DNA of 60,466 nucleotides from Atractiella rhizophila (Eukaryota): positions 1-60,466 of the forward strand of contig MU271463.1 of assembly GCA_021432655.1 (NCBI GenBank), read 5' to 3'. Both the position numbers and the translations under genes were made by a program. This document shows positions 12,929-25,541 of the stretch, piece by piece (position 1 is the first letter of the stretch; every line of letters starts with the position of its first letter). A model generated the notes under the pieces. It did no database searches. It was not told the DNA's origin and was given only the letters and a program-made list of their open reading frames with translations.

Positions 12929-13215
12929 TACTAATTAGATCAATATTATTTCTCCTCCTCTTTCGTGGTTTATGCCGTTCTTGTTTTTTCGTTCTTGGAT
13001 CTCTGGTTTCGTCTCCTTACTTTGCTTTGCAGCCGTTCAACAGTCCTCGCAGAGTATGAAGCCATCAAAAGTCTGCTTATGTTGCTTGTAAAATTCCCGC
13101 CAATTCACATCCCGTTCGTTCTTACACGCGTCGTCACTGCTCCAGTTTCTCTGCTGTATCTTTTGTGCCTTAGGTTTGCAATGCACTGTATCGCCCAACT
13201 CAACTGTTCAACTTT

Positions 13216-16200
13216 TTACCGTTCAACAACATCTACTTGCAACCGCTCGGAGGAAATATATACATTGGGAGCAAAATCCTCCTCTATGCCCCCGTCCTGG
13301 CTCTTCAACTCGATGCACGAACAACCGAACTCGAAATGACCTTCGGCAAGAAAGCAGGCTGTAAGTGAGAATGAATGTTGCCCTTGAGGCCTCAAAGCTG
13401 AGGCAAGAGGGAACGTGGTCACTCCATCCAGAAGTACGTAACGTGAAAGGAACTCCACAGTTGGTGGGCGGAGGGAATCATCATTCTGAGGCAGCACATA
13501 GTCACTCTCATCAAGCGGTGGGACAAGGTCAATTTGGACAAGCAGGCGCAGTGGTCTCACTGTTGGACTTCGTTGAGCAGTGTGGTAACGGTATAACGAA
13601 CAACGGACCTGAGCGATTATAGATTTTGACTTCTATATCCACGAACTCATTAGGCAGAGCAGTGTAGCGCGGCCCTTTGCCTTTCTTGCGGAATAAGCCC
13701 GTAGGTGATGTCTCGTTGTCCTTCAAGGACAATTCAATATCCACCTCGCTCGTTACCAAGACATCCAGCATGGGGAAAGCGAGTCCAAGATTTCGAAAGG
13801 ATATCTCGCCCCTACGGAGAGTTCCCACCTTCACAAACATGAACATAGTGCTAACAGACAGGGAAACACCTACTTCTCGCCATGTCCCTTTCACTTGTTT
13901 TAACACTTCTTCCCGATACCAAAATAGTTTCCGAATTAGCGACTGCTCTATGCGGTTTTCTTGCTTCGGGACAACGAATTGACGTTCGGTAATGCTCGGG
14001 ATTGGCATTCTGAGCTGTTCTGATGGGAGGAGAACGCGATGAATAGGAACGATTAGTTTGACCGTCGAACCAGGTACCACACGCTGACGGACTTTAAAAG
14101 AATCTGCGACGGATTAAGTACCTCCTTGCAAAGGGACAAGGCTAAAAACCATACCTCGTATCCGCTCCAATGTCACATCGAAAGGTTGACCGTACAAGTT
14201 CCGAACATCGACAGTGAAGAGACAGTCTTTCCGCAAATCGACATTCTTCAGGCCCTCTTCGAGTTTGCCTTCCATCTGTGTCTGCGCAATCGCTCGCACA
14301 GTGCTAGCTGACCGTCCATGACCAGCGCTCCAGCGCCGGTTTGGTTCTTCGTGGTGAGACGTTGAGAAGCGAAGGAGGTCCATGGAAGCAGCGTTCAGAG
14401 AATGGTGAACTGTCATTGAGATATCGCACGTTATTCGGCGGGTGTAGAAGGTTGGTGAGGCGGTCGTGGGAGACTCGGAAGGCAGGCGTTCGAGATAGCC
14501 GTAGTCGATTTGGATTGTGCCTGAAGTACAACCTAACTTGCCTAAACAGTCTACAGTCAAAATGGCTTCTTCATTTGGCTCAACCCGTTGTTGCCATTTC
14601 GTTGGGTCCCAACTGAAAACTGGACGTTGGAGGAGGTCTAGTTCGATTTCGTATAGTTCGCCAGGAGGAAGGTCGTTATCTGAGATATAATCCCGTGCAC
14701 TTTGGGTATTAGCATCTTGAAAGGCAAGCTCAATGAAATCGACCGGATACTCCGAAGTATTTTCGAGCGCAATCGAGAAGGACGATCTATGGACGATACA
14801 ACCCTGTCAGCTCTTTTTTCTCGCATTGGATCAAAAGAAACACACATCTCCCCATCGTAAAGCATCAGCGATCCATGCGTCAAGCTCGTGCTCCTCAGTG
14901 TGAGGTAAGGTTGTTTTGAGACAACCTGGCATTTGACAAAGTTAAGACCGTCTTCCACAATCTTCCCCGCCTGCTCCTTCCGCCTCGCCCTGAGTCCCTG
15001 AGCCTTAATCCTTTCGGGATCCTTTAACATGCCTCCTGATGAGTGCTTCTGCTTTTTCTCATCCTCTTCATTCCACATTGGAAGGATGAACTGTTGAGGT
15101 GCGCAGCCCACTAGCTTGATGTCACAGCCTTTGATGACTAGTTCTCCAGCTTCCAATGGCGTTCCTGATATGCGCACGGGGTGATAGGATGCAGGAGGGA
15201 TAGTCACTGAAATTGGTTCGGACGAAAAGGAGACACCTGATGTGCTGTAAAATAACAGGAGCCTCAGTAACGACTGGAAGGAGCAAAGAAAGTTTACCTT
15301 ACCACAAGGAGACTTTTTCGATATCAAGACTGAACAGGAACGGATTGTGAAGCGTCACGAAGAAGTCCGCTGGTTCAGATTCGACAAGTGTAACCTTTTG
15401 TTCTGCTCAATATCGACTGCAAAGGAGCGGGAAACAAGTACCTTGGTAGACGTTATGCCTATACGCGCATTGGGGTTGTAAATAAAAGGGTTCTTTGATG
15501 TGGAGGCAACGGTGAGTGCCTCAGCGTCTGGTCTTTTCCTCTCCATAACCTGTCGATTGAGAGCAGGCCTGTTCATCCAGGTTAATCTCCGCCATGTAAT
15601 ACTGAGGGACACTATACTGAGGAGCTTCAATGCTCATTAGCAAATTGTTAGGACCCCAAAAGCTCATTTCTAAACTAAGTCCTCTCCTTGCAGCGGCCGA
15701 AAAGATTCTGGGGATATTCTGAGAAAGCCTTAGTTGTTCCGAAGGGAGCATGAACTCTGTTAGACTCCTCAGGGCAGATATAGTGAATCGAATTGCTCCT
15801 TGATAATCGGACAGTAGTTCTGCAGTTCCAATCGCATCTCGAAGTGCAGCAACCTGGACGGACGGCCATCCAAAGTAGTCCTGTTTCCTCTCTTCTGATC
15901 CAAGTTCGCTCTCACCCTGAGTAAGAACGGAGATGCGCCGATGTTCCGCTTCATTCGAGTCTTCTTTAGAGTCCGCAGATGTTATAACTTCGACTCCAAA
16001 GACAGAGAGGTACTCGTCAACGAGTCGGATAACGCTTTCGTTCCCTTCGTACATTGTCGTCGTCCGAATCGCATTTGGCGTCTTCTTCCTCTCCTCCCCT
16101 GACATTGTCGTAATCACGCTGAGGTTCGCAGGTCTCTTCTTCTTCTTTCCCTCCTCCATAACGATTCCCAATCCCACACCTTCCTCCTTCTTCTCCCCCT

Positions 16201-19200
16201 TAAGTGTGGTAACGGTATAACGAACAACGGACCTGAGCGATTATAGATTTTGACTTCTATATCCACGAACTCATTAGGCAGAGCAGTGTAGCGCGGCCCT
16301 TTGCCTTTCTTGCGGAATAAGCCCGTAGGTGATGTCTCGTTGTCCTTCAAGGACAATTCAATATCCACCTCGCTCGTTACCAAGACATCCAGCATGGGGA
16401 AAGCGAGTCCAAGATTTCGAAAGGATATCTCGCCCCTACGGAGAGTTCCCACCTTCACAAACATGAACATAGTGCTAACAGACAGAGAAACACCTACTTC
16501 TCGCCATGTCCCTTTCACTTGTTTTAACACTTCTTCCCGATACCAAAATAGTTTCCGAATTAGCGACTGCTCTATTCGGTTTTCTTGCTTCGGGACAACG
16601 AATTGACGTTCGGTAATGCTCGGGAGTGGCATTCTGAGCTGTTCTGATGGGAGGAGAACGCGATGAATAGGAACGATTAGTTTGACCGTCGAACCAGGTA
16701 CCACACGCTGACGGACTTTAAAAGAATCTGCGACGGATTAAGTACCTCCTTGCAAAGGGACAAGCCTAAAAACCATACCTCGTATCCGCTCCAATGTCAC
16801 ATCGAAAGGTTGACCGTACAAGTTCCGAACATCGACAGTGAAGAGACAGTCTTTCCGCAAATCGACATTCTTCAGGCCCTCTTCGAGTTTGCCTTCCATC
16901 TGTGTCTGCGCAATCGCTCGCACAGTGCTAGCTGACCGTCCATGACCAGCGCTCCAGCGCCGGTTTGGTTCTTCGTGGTGAGACGTTGAGAAGCGAAGGA
17001 GGTCCATGGAAGCAGCGTTCAGAGAATGGTGAACTGTCATTGAGATATCGCACGTTATTCGGCGGGTGTAGAAGGTTGGTGAGGCGGTCGTGGGAGACTC
17101 GGAAGGCAGGCGTTCGAGATAGCCGTAGTCGATTTGGATTGTGCCTGAAGTACAACCTAACTTGCCTAAACAGTCTACAGTCAAAATGGCTTCTTCATTT
17201 GGCTCAACCCGTTGTTGCCATTTCGTTGGGTCCCAACTGAAAACTGGACGTTGGAGGAGGTCTAGTTCGATTTCGTATAGTTCGCCAGGAGGAAGGTCGT
17301 TATCTGAGATATAATCCCGTGCACTTTGGGTATTAGCATCTTGAAAGGCAAGCTCAATGAAATCGACCGGATACTCCGAAGTATTTTCGAGCGCAATCGA
17401 GAAGGATGATCTATGGACGATACAACCCTGTCAGCTCTTTTTTCTCGCATTGGATCAAAAGAAACACACATCTCCCCATCGTAAAGCATCAGCGATCCAT
17501 GCGTCAAGCTCGTGCTCCTCAGTGTGAGGTAAGGTTGTTTTGAGACAACCTGGCATTTGACAAAGTTAAGACCGTCTTCCACAATCTTTCCCGCCTGCTC
17601 CTTCCGCCTCGCCCTAAGTCCCTGAGCCTTAATCCTTTCGGGATCCTTTAACATGCCTCCTGATGAGTGCTTCTGCTTTTTCTCATCCTCTTCATTCCAC
17701 ACTGGAAGGATGAATTGTTGAGGTGCGCAGCCAACTAGCTTGATGTCACAGCCTTTGATGACTAGTTCTCCAGCTTCCAATGGCGTTCCTGATATGCGCA
17801 CGGGGTGATAGGATGCAGGAGGAATGGTCACTGAAATTGGTTCGGACGAAAAGGAGACGCCTGATGTGCTGTAAAATAACAGGAGCCTCAGTAACGACAG
17901 TAAGGAGCAAAGAAAGTTTACCTTACCACAAGGAGACTTTTTCGATGTCAAGACTGAACAGGAACGGATTGTGAAGTGTCACGAAGAAGTCCGCTGGTTC
18001 GGATTCGACGAGTGTAACCTTTGTTCTGCTCAATATCCACTGCAGCAATGGAGCAGGGAACAAGTACCTTGGTAGACGTTACGCCTATACGCGCATTGGG
18101 ATTGTAAATGAAAGGGTTCTTTGAGGTGGAGGCAACGGTGAGTGCCTCAGCGTCTGGTCTTTTCCTCTCCATAACCTGTCGATTGAGAGCAGGCCTGTTC
18201 ATCCAGGTTAATCTCCGTCATGTAATACTGAGGGACACTATACTGAGGAGCTTCGATGCTCATTAGCAAATTGTTAGGACCCCAAAAGCTCATTTCTAAA
18301 CTAAGTCCTCTCCTTGCAGCCGCCGAAAAGATTCTGGGAATATTCTGAGAAAGCCTTAGTTGTTCCGAAGGGAGCATGAACTCTGTTAGACTCCTCAGGG
18401 CAGATATAGTGAATCGAATTGCTCCTTGATAATCGGACAGTAGTTCTGCAGTTCCAATCGCATCTCGAAGTGCAGCAACCTGGACGGACGGCCATCCAAA
18501 GTAGTCCTGTTTCCTCTCTTCTGATCCAAGTTCGCTCTCACCCTGAGTAAGAACAGAGATGCGCCGATAATCCGATTCATTCGAGTCTTCTTTAGTGTCC
18601 GCAGATGTTATAACTTCGACTCCAAAGACAGAGAGGTACTCGTCAACGAGTCGGATGACGCTTTCGTTCCCTTCGTACATTGTCGTCGTGCGAATCGCAT
18701 TTGGCGTCTTCTTCCTCTCCTCCCCAGACATTATCGTAATCACGCTGAGGTTCGCGGGTCTCTTCTTCTTCTTTCCCTCCTCCATAATGATTCCCAATCC
18801 CACACCTTCCTCCTTCTTCTCCCCCTTCCGCTCTCCGCTATCGCGCTCAATCACCTCCACCTCCCTTCCCCCTGCACCTTCCGCGCACAAGCCCGCCACC
18901 TCCCTTAGACACCACGCACGTTTTCTCGCCCACCCTAACCGCTCATAAACTCCAGCTAAACGGACGAGGATCCGTATCCGATCTTTCAATTGTACGCTCC
19001 CCATCGATATGGAGAGGGCCAGAGCAGCCCATTCGCCCACTTTGGCCTTCGTCACTGTCTGAGCCGTCGGAGTCGCGGCGTTGCTGCCTGGTGCAGGGAG
19101 ACTTGCGCTCACCAGAGATACCCGCAGACCTTTCCACCTATCAACTCTTCTTTCTGTATCTTTCAATGGACGGCCCTCCACTATCTCCCTTACCGACCTT

Positions 19201-20871
19201 GAATCCCATCGACTGTCGCTCCTCCACAGCACTTCCAGAAAATCTAAACATCGTACACATGCCTCGACATATAGTAACGGATGTGCAGATTCAGAGGACG
19301 AATGGTCCCATGGCGAGGAGGAGGATGAAGAAGAAGCTTTTTGGTATAGTGCAATGAGCTGGGAGAACCGTTCCGGAATGTCAGACTGAAGAGAGAGAGT
19401 GGTGGATGTGCCAGATGGGGAAGAGGTTGGAGGCGGCGCAACAGGACGTGGGGGATGAAAGAGCTCAGTTGGCGTCGGGCTTGCCTATATTCATCCATCA
19501 CTCAGCAACAATTCCTAGTCAGGGACCTAAAGGCACGCACAGAAGGCGGTTGCATCGTCAAATAACTCTTCACGACCTCGCAAACAGCCAATCCCTCCAT
19601 CGCGCCAGCCTGCCACACTGAGTCCTGCCAAACCTTGGTATGGTTTATGCTCTCCCCGTAAGTGCGCTCTGCCTCCTCTAACTTGCCAGCTAAGAGGTAT
19701 AAATCACCCAATAACTTCTTCGCCCTTCCTCCCAACTTTTTCGCACTCTTTGGGTCTTCCGGGGCAACAGAAGAGGAGGAAGAGAAACCGAGCGTCGTTT
19801 CGCTGCGTTGGGGAAGCGGGCGAGGCGTAGTCCCGTTCGTAGTTGGAGTTGCCGTACCGCTAGTGGTGATGGTAGATGACGAAGCGAGGGAGGAACCAGG
19901 GAGGGGAGGTGTGGATATGCTCCTTGGAAGGGTGGTGGGAGAAGTGGGTGCGGAGGACGATTTCGAAAGTGCGATGTTGGAAGACATGGGCGAAAGCAAC
20001 GCATTGCTACTCCCACCAAACGTGGACAGACGCTGAGGTTGAATTGAGGCGAGCGAGAGGCGGTTGGCGGAGACAGAGGTCAGTGGAGTGACTGGGGGGA
20101 GAGAAGTAGGAGGGAGACTGGAGGAAGAAGGCGTTTCTTGCGGCGTAGGAATGCTCGTGAGCGATTCGATCGTTGTTGCCTGCACATTTACAATTATACT
20201 CAGTTGGATTCAAACGCAATGCCTAAAGGAGAGGATAGGAGGCATGAAAAAGTACCCAGTTAGACAGCTCATACAAGATAGTCGAGCAGAAATCGGCGAT
20301 TAACGTATTGAGGTAAAACGTCATATCGCCCACCGAAGGAATAACCACGCAGCCTTCAACATCATATTTCTGACCGTCCATCGGCTCGAAAGCATACACC
20401 CTCGCCGCGAGTGGTTCGACATCCGGGTAGTTGGCGAGCATATTCTTGAACTCTTGCACACCATCCTCCAGGCTTGTGAACTCTCTGCAATCCAGGATGC
20501 CAATGACCCCCAGAACACGACGGGAGATCGAGTAGGTGTGTAGGAACGGAGTGGCAGGCGGTAAAGTGGTGTGGTATGAGAGTAGAAGCTTGCCAGTTGA
20601 CGTTGGGGAAGAAGATAATGCCATGTTTGGACGAGGGTCCGGAGGCACGTCCGCAAGGGAAATGGTGGAGAAAGTGCGAATGAGGGATGCCCATTTCTCG
20701 AACGTCTTCTTCTTGATTGGACTGCACAAACATCCCATGATTTCAGAAGAAGAGTTATGAGCGCATAGAACTGCTAATGCCTTGATAATGAGTACTAGAA
20801 GAGATAACGAACCGTATGGGAACGAGGAGGATGCGACAGTGTGCCGCTGAAGCGAAGGAGGTTACATCCAT
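13216..20871 (-). CDS. TRS120: TRAPPII subunit Trs120/TRAPPC9, containing an internal 2.6-kb duplication
   Basis: MDVTSFASAAHCRILLVPI, RRVLGVIGILDC, GRAKKLLGDLYLLAG, DSVWQAGAMEG, YERLGWARKRAWCLRE, FGWPSVQ, KNPFIYNP and FWYREEVLK. Confidence 0.93.
13579..18827. repeat. Direct tandem duplication: copy A 13579-16201, copy B 16203-18827
   Basis: Near-identical sequence at offset 2624, rising to 2626 after intronic indels. Duplicated ORF pairs include 14114/16738 and 14638/17262. Junction reads ...CCCCCTT-A-AGTGTGG. Confidence 0.98.
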
Positions 20872-21125
20872 CCTCTGTTATTCTTCTAATCTCCCTAAAT
20901 ACCAATTCTAACACCTCCTTCGCCAAAATACCGCCTATTTCGTCAAGCCACAACCTCGTATCGAGCTGCTAAATCGTCGTTTTGTCGATTCCACGGCACC
21001 GAAAGCGAGCTTGCTACTTCCACGTCCAAACGCCAGCTAACATCCATCAACATTAACCACTCCCTCAGCAGCTCACCTCTCCAGCCAATCAACAGCAGCT
21101 TCGTCTTGCGCACTGGACTCGGGCC

Positions 21126-22603
21126 ATGCGTTTCCTCTCCCTTCTCCCGCTTCTCTCCCTCTTCTCGATCGCAGCAGCAGCCACGCTCACCGAATCAGAG
21201 CGACTGCTCAAGTTCTCCACCCTCGCCCGCAAGAACAATGGGCTCATACCTCTAAACGATGAGACTTACGACGAACTCACTGCTGCACCAAGGAATTATA
21301 GCGTTAGCGTGTTGTTGACGGCGTTGAGCCCGCAGTTTCAGTGTGCTCCTTGTAGGTGAGTGCAGCGTCTTTCTGGGATGAGGAGAGCGCATCTTGAGGA
21401 AATGGAGAGATTCAAAGTACAAATGTATCTTAAAACACCTGAACCCGTTATGGGTTCGTTGCTGTTGCGGTCGCGTCACAAACCTATTCTTATTCCAAAT
21501 GATACTCGCACCAAACGGAGGACATTTATTCCGAATGCTGAACCGTTGCAAACCGAGAAGTGAACAGTGACGCAAGCATGGAGGTCAAAGCATAGCAGAA
21601 ACATTAAGTGCTATTTTTGCCCCTCCTAGGAATTGGCCACGGATCGAGGATGATCTCTCTTTCTCTTAACCAAATCCAGTCTGCGACCTTCCCTTGTTCT
21701 TTGGGACACTTCCACTCGAGACATTCACTAATCAAACATCTGTGACAGACAAATCGATCCTGAGATCCGTCTCCTCGCAAAATCCTGGGCAGCATCCCCA
21801 TCACGGGACCAACACTTCTTCGGCATCCTAGACTTCAACGATGGACGAGAAATCTACCGTCGATTGAACCTTCAGAACGCACCCACATTCCAACTATTCC
21901 TTCCCACACACGGACCCCGTTCCACCTCTACCGCCGCCCACCAATCTGAGACTCTAGACCTTCAACGAAGCGGTCTGCACGCGGAAGCGCTCGCATATTT
22001 CATTCAGAATAGAGGAGGACTGAAAGCCCTCCAGTTTCAAAGACCGAAGGATTACACCGCAGTCATCATGCTCACTTTCATGGGCACCGGTCTTGCTATT
22101 GGAGCGTTCATGGCTTGGGATATACTCATGATCATCATTGGGTACAAGTGGCTTTGGGCCACAGGCATCGTGGTCCGTCTCTCCTGTCATCTTTCATACC
22201 ATTTAGCTGAGGATCCATCGGTAGGCTACCATCTTGCAAATGGTCGCTGGTCACATGTGGAACCAAATCCGTCATCCTCCTTACTTCACCCCTACCCGAG
22301 ACGGAAGCATCAACTACATCGCTGGCGGGTATTCGAATCAGTTCGGTGTGGAGACACACATCGTTTCCGCTCTCTGTATGTCGACCCTTTCCAACGAAGG
22401 AAAGAACTGATTTATCTCCGACAGATGGATGTCTTGCTTTCACTTGCTACACCCTCGCTATCACGCTTCCCAAGATCCCTGATCGCACCAGGCAGAGAGT
22501 CGGAATCTATCTCTGGACTTTGATACTCATGATGATGTTCGGAGTGCTCATGCAACTGTTCAGGAAAAAGAATCCGGGTTATCCTTTCCGATTGCTGTTT
22601 TAA
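21126..22603 (+). CDS. OST3: Oligosaccharyltransferase subunit Ost3/Ost6 (MAGT1/TUSC3 family)
   Basis: Signal peptide, PRNYSVSVLLTALSPQFQCAPC (CxxC), GHMWNQIR, NQFGVET and FRKKNPGYPFRLLF*. First intron 21356-21748. Confidence 0.93.
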
Positions 22604-22796
22604 ACCAACTGCAATGTGAAAATGAACCAGTCGTGTTCTCAACCTCCGTTCTCCCTTCCTCTTGCTCCTTCATGGATAGAATGGTATAAGGGATAGTCAT
22701 TACACAGGCAATCGTAAGTAAAGGACAGGTGATCCACAGAGAAAATCGTCGTGCCAAAAATATAGCTGTAGGTAGGTAGGTGGAAGAGGTTTACTC

Positions 22797-23581
22797 CTAA
22801 TGTTCCTCGTGATATTCTTCTTCCCCGTCCCGTGCTTTGGGACGCTGGATCAAGTGAAGGCGGTCTACAATTTTATCAGTCAATTTCCTTTTGGTTCTAA
22901 TACGAGGGGAAGAAAGTACCATGGTGCGCATAGATAGTGCTTTTGTACTCTCCACTCTCCGTCCTCTCGTTCTTCACAGTAAAGGTTGCATCCACATGCA
23001 CCAAAGAACTTAGATGCAGGGTTTCAATTGGGGTAAGACGGGAGAGAGAAAGGAAACGGACCCTTTCTCAAGATTCTTCAATCGCTCGACCGCTGAGCCG
23101 TAACAGAATATGTTGTGGAAGGAAGAAGTGGGCTGTAATGCTGTTCCCAACCCGAACCCCAACATCAGACATCATTCCTTTAGACATCCAAAGTCTCAAA
23201 AGATAACAAAACCTCTCTTCATGCTCTATGTTTATGTAACTCTCAAAGCAACATTTCCAGACATAAACGCAATTCAGCCCATGCCACAAACCTCCCAAAG
23301 CTCTCAAGAAGGAATAACGTACGTTTACCCTCCTCCTGCTGTCCAAAGATCGGGTCGTTCGTAGCAACGGTATAAATCAAAAATTCCTTGTCATTGACTG
23401 TCGTCTTGACCTTTGGAGGAGCGACGACGCGTCCAATCAGAGACATTTTCGCCATGTCAGCTCGACGGCTCGTCGAGAATTGCTGTTCAGCCAGAACATG
23501 TCAGAACGCCGCAAATTTTGGAAGAGATACGCGTACACGTTTTGAGATTGAGCGGAACGCTCCACGACTGGCTGAAAACAT
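22797..23581 (-). CDS. RIM1: Mitochondrial single-stranded DNA-binding protein (SSB/Rim1-like)
   Basis: Arg/Ser-rich presequence MFSASRGAFRSISKR|QFSTSRR, then AKMSLIGRV, FLIYTVATN, TSSFHNIFCY and LEKGSLVHVDA. Confidence 0.85.
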
Positions 23582-23654
23582 GGTTGTGTATGGTCTGCGT
23601 TCTCTTTGGTGTTCTGTTCCAGAGCTAGCGTTGCAACGCGGCAAGGTAGTAGGT

Positions 23655-23666
23655 CCTAACCCTAAC
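23655..23666 (+). promoter_or_regulatory. Telomere-repeat-like box (CCTAACCCTAAC) upstream of RIM1
   Basis: About two CCCTAA units roughly 75 bp upstream of the RIM1 ATG, next to a 12-bp palindrome at 23628-23639. Confidence 0.35.
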
Positions 23667-23812
23667 TAACAAAAGATAGCGAAGTTGTAAGTGGAAACTC
23701 GAGGAGCTGTTCTGCTGCTTATTGGCTGATTGGGAAGTATCATACAGCTTTACAGTACCTCCCGGTGTAGCTACAAGCGAAAAGCGACGACATTCATTCA
23801 CCAGGTCGTCCA

Positions 23813-25429
23813 CTATTTACGCTTTCGCACATCTTCGTCCTCCGAATCCTCAAACACTGCTTCCTCTCCCTTTCCAGTCCCCCTCGATCGGTTCTCCTTC
23901 TCCTTTTCCTCCTTCTCCTTCTCCCTCTTCTCCTTCTCTCTCTCCTCCCCATCCTCGTACTTCCACATGCTCCCAACCTCGCCTCTCCTCACGGCAGTGA
24001 GAAACGCTGCGCCGACGCAGGCAGGAGAGAGGTATAAGAGTGCCGGCTGGGCAGCCTGGAAGGTATGCATCACTACTATCGTCGTCGTAAGCCCTAGGAT
24101 GTAAGCTGTGAAAACGGCAGTGAAGTATGGCTTGGGAAAGGCGAGCCGCTGAGATGGAGAAGGGATGGGAGCTTTGGCACCGTTGGAGGTGGTGCGCGAC
24201 AGAAACTGATCATACCGCAGCGCAAGGGAGATGACGGTCCCCGGCACGACGATGTCACCTAGACCTAACATGGAGAAGCCGGAAGAATCTGTAAAGGAGA
24301 GCGATTTGGGCCAGAGAATTTCTACAGGACATCAGCGCGAAGTGAGATGATGAAAGGAGCAACGTACTGATTGGAGCGTCAAAGTTCTGAGCAACGGAAA
24401 CCATCACGTTATCTCCAAATGCTCTTTCGCTGAAGAAGACCTAGATATCTTCTTCAGTCTGTACCACGGACCTGAGGCGAAAACCCTACCCAATAGATGT
24501 CGTATACGAACAAGCCCATTAGCAACAGGGATCCTGTCTTGAATGAGTCGACCTTCAGTAAGCTGACAGCATTAAAGGCGAAAGCGAGGGCGACGAGATT
24601 GGAGAGCGCCCAAAATTTGGTTGCTTGTTGTAGAGCGGTGACAGCTATAGAGAGGAGGAGGAGGGAGAGGTGGAGAGACGTGAAGCGCAGCGAGGTGTAC
24701 TCCTTTGTATTTCGGTAAAGCACAAAACGCCACTTTGAGAGTTTGGAATAGGTTGTGCGCGAAATAGAACCCTTGGCTGACTTTACGAACATCTAGAAAC
24801 CGCACAATCAGAAGCTTGCCAGTCAATGTGCAGAAGGCGAACCCGCATAACAGCTGCCGTCCCCATGAACGCAAAATACCAAGAGAAGATTACCTGTCCT
24901 CGATATTAACGCTACTGCCAGAGAATAAAAGAGCAATACCCACATTAATGAGCTCCTTATTTAGGTATTTAAAAACAAGGTATAATGTCGCAAGGACAAC
25001 TGAGCCAATAATGGGAAACCAGAGAGCATCCTCGCTAGCTTAAACTCTCATTACCACACTCCTCCCAGTAGCAACAAACGGGCAAGCACGAAAGGCATAC
25101 CTGGTCAGTCTATCCAATTCTTCTTCATCTGAGCTTGACTCGTCGTCCGCATCTGCCTCAGAAGCAGTACGTGAATTTCGACGCCGCTTTTTCGTGTCTT
25201 TTCGATTCTATGCACCGCTCCTAAGCTTAAGACTGACGAAGAACTTTGACAGGGTAACGGACAGGTAAGGAGGCAAAGGAGCCAAGGTATATGGGTACTA
25301 CTGCTCTGCCACGTTGCAAGGGGACATCAATTCCTTCATGCCGCGCCTTGAAGTGAAGTGTTGGACATACGATATCCCTAATGCCACATAGGCTTGAAAG
25401 AGAGGTAAATCATCCGTCAGAGACCCCAT
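23813..25429 (-). CDS. Signal peptide peptidase (A22B GxGD intramembrane aspartyl protease, Ypf1/HM13-like)
   Basis: LFVYDIYWV (YD), MLGLGDIVVPG, QPALLYLSP, FPKPYF and FPIIGSVVL. Confidence 0.95.
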
Positions 25430-25541
25430 CTTGTGCTTCTGTTCCCCCAACTCGTCCTTGAAGTGGTTGCAATAGTTTGCCGATGGAATTATAGACGCAA
25501 ACAAGTGTGATGAGCAAAAAAACGACGATAGAGCATCAAAA
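25430..25541. promoter_or_regulatory. Very short divergent intergenic region (SPP/ATP7), probable bidirectional promoter
   Basis: Inferred start codons at 25429 (-) and 25542 (+), with 112 bp between them. Confidence 0.55.

Noticed and set aside
16198..16206. TTAA at the duplication junction as a piggyBac or restriction scar
   Set aside because: Neither parental end contains TTAA, and there are no terminal inverted repeats.
22560..22757. Small TM-like ORF between OST3 and RIM1
   Set aside because: Non-ATG start within convergent 3' UTRs and no family match.
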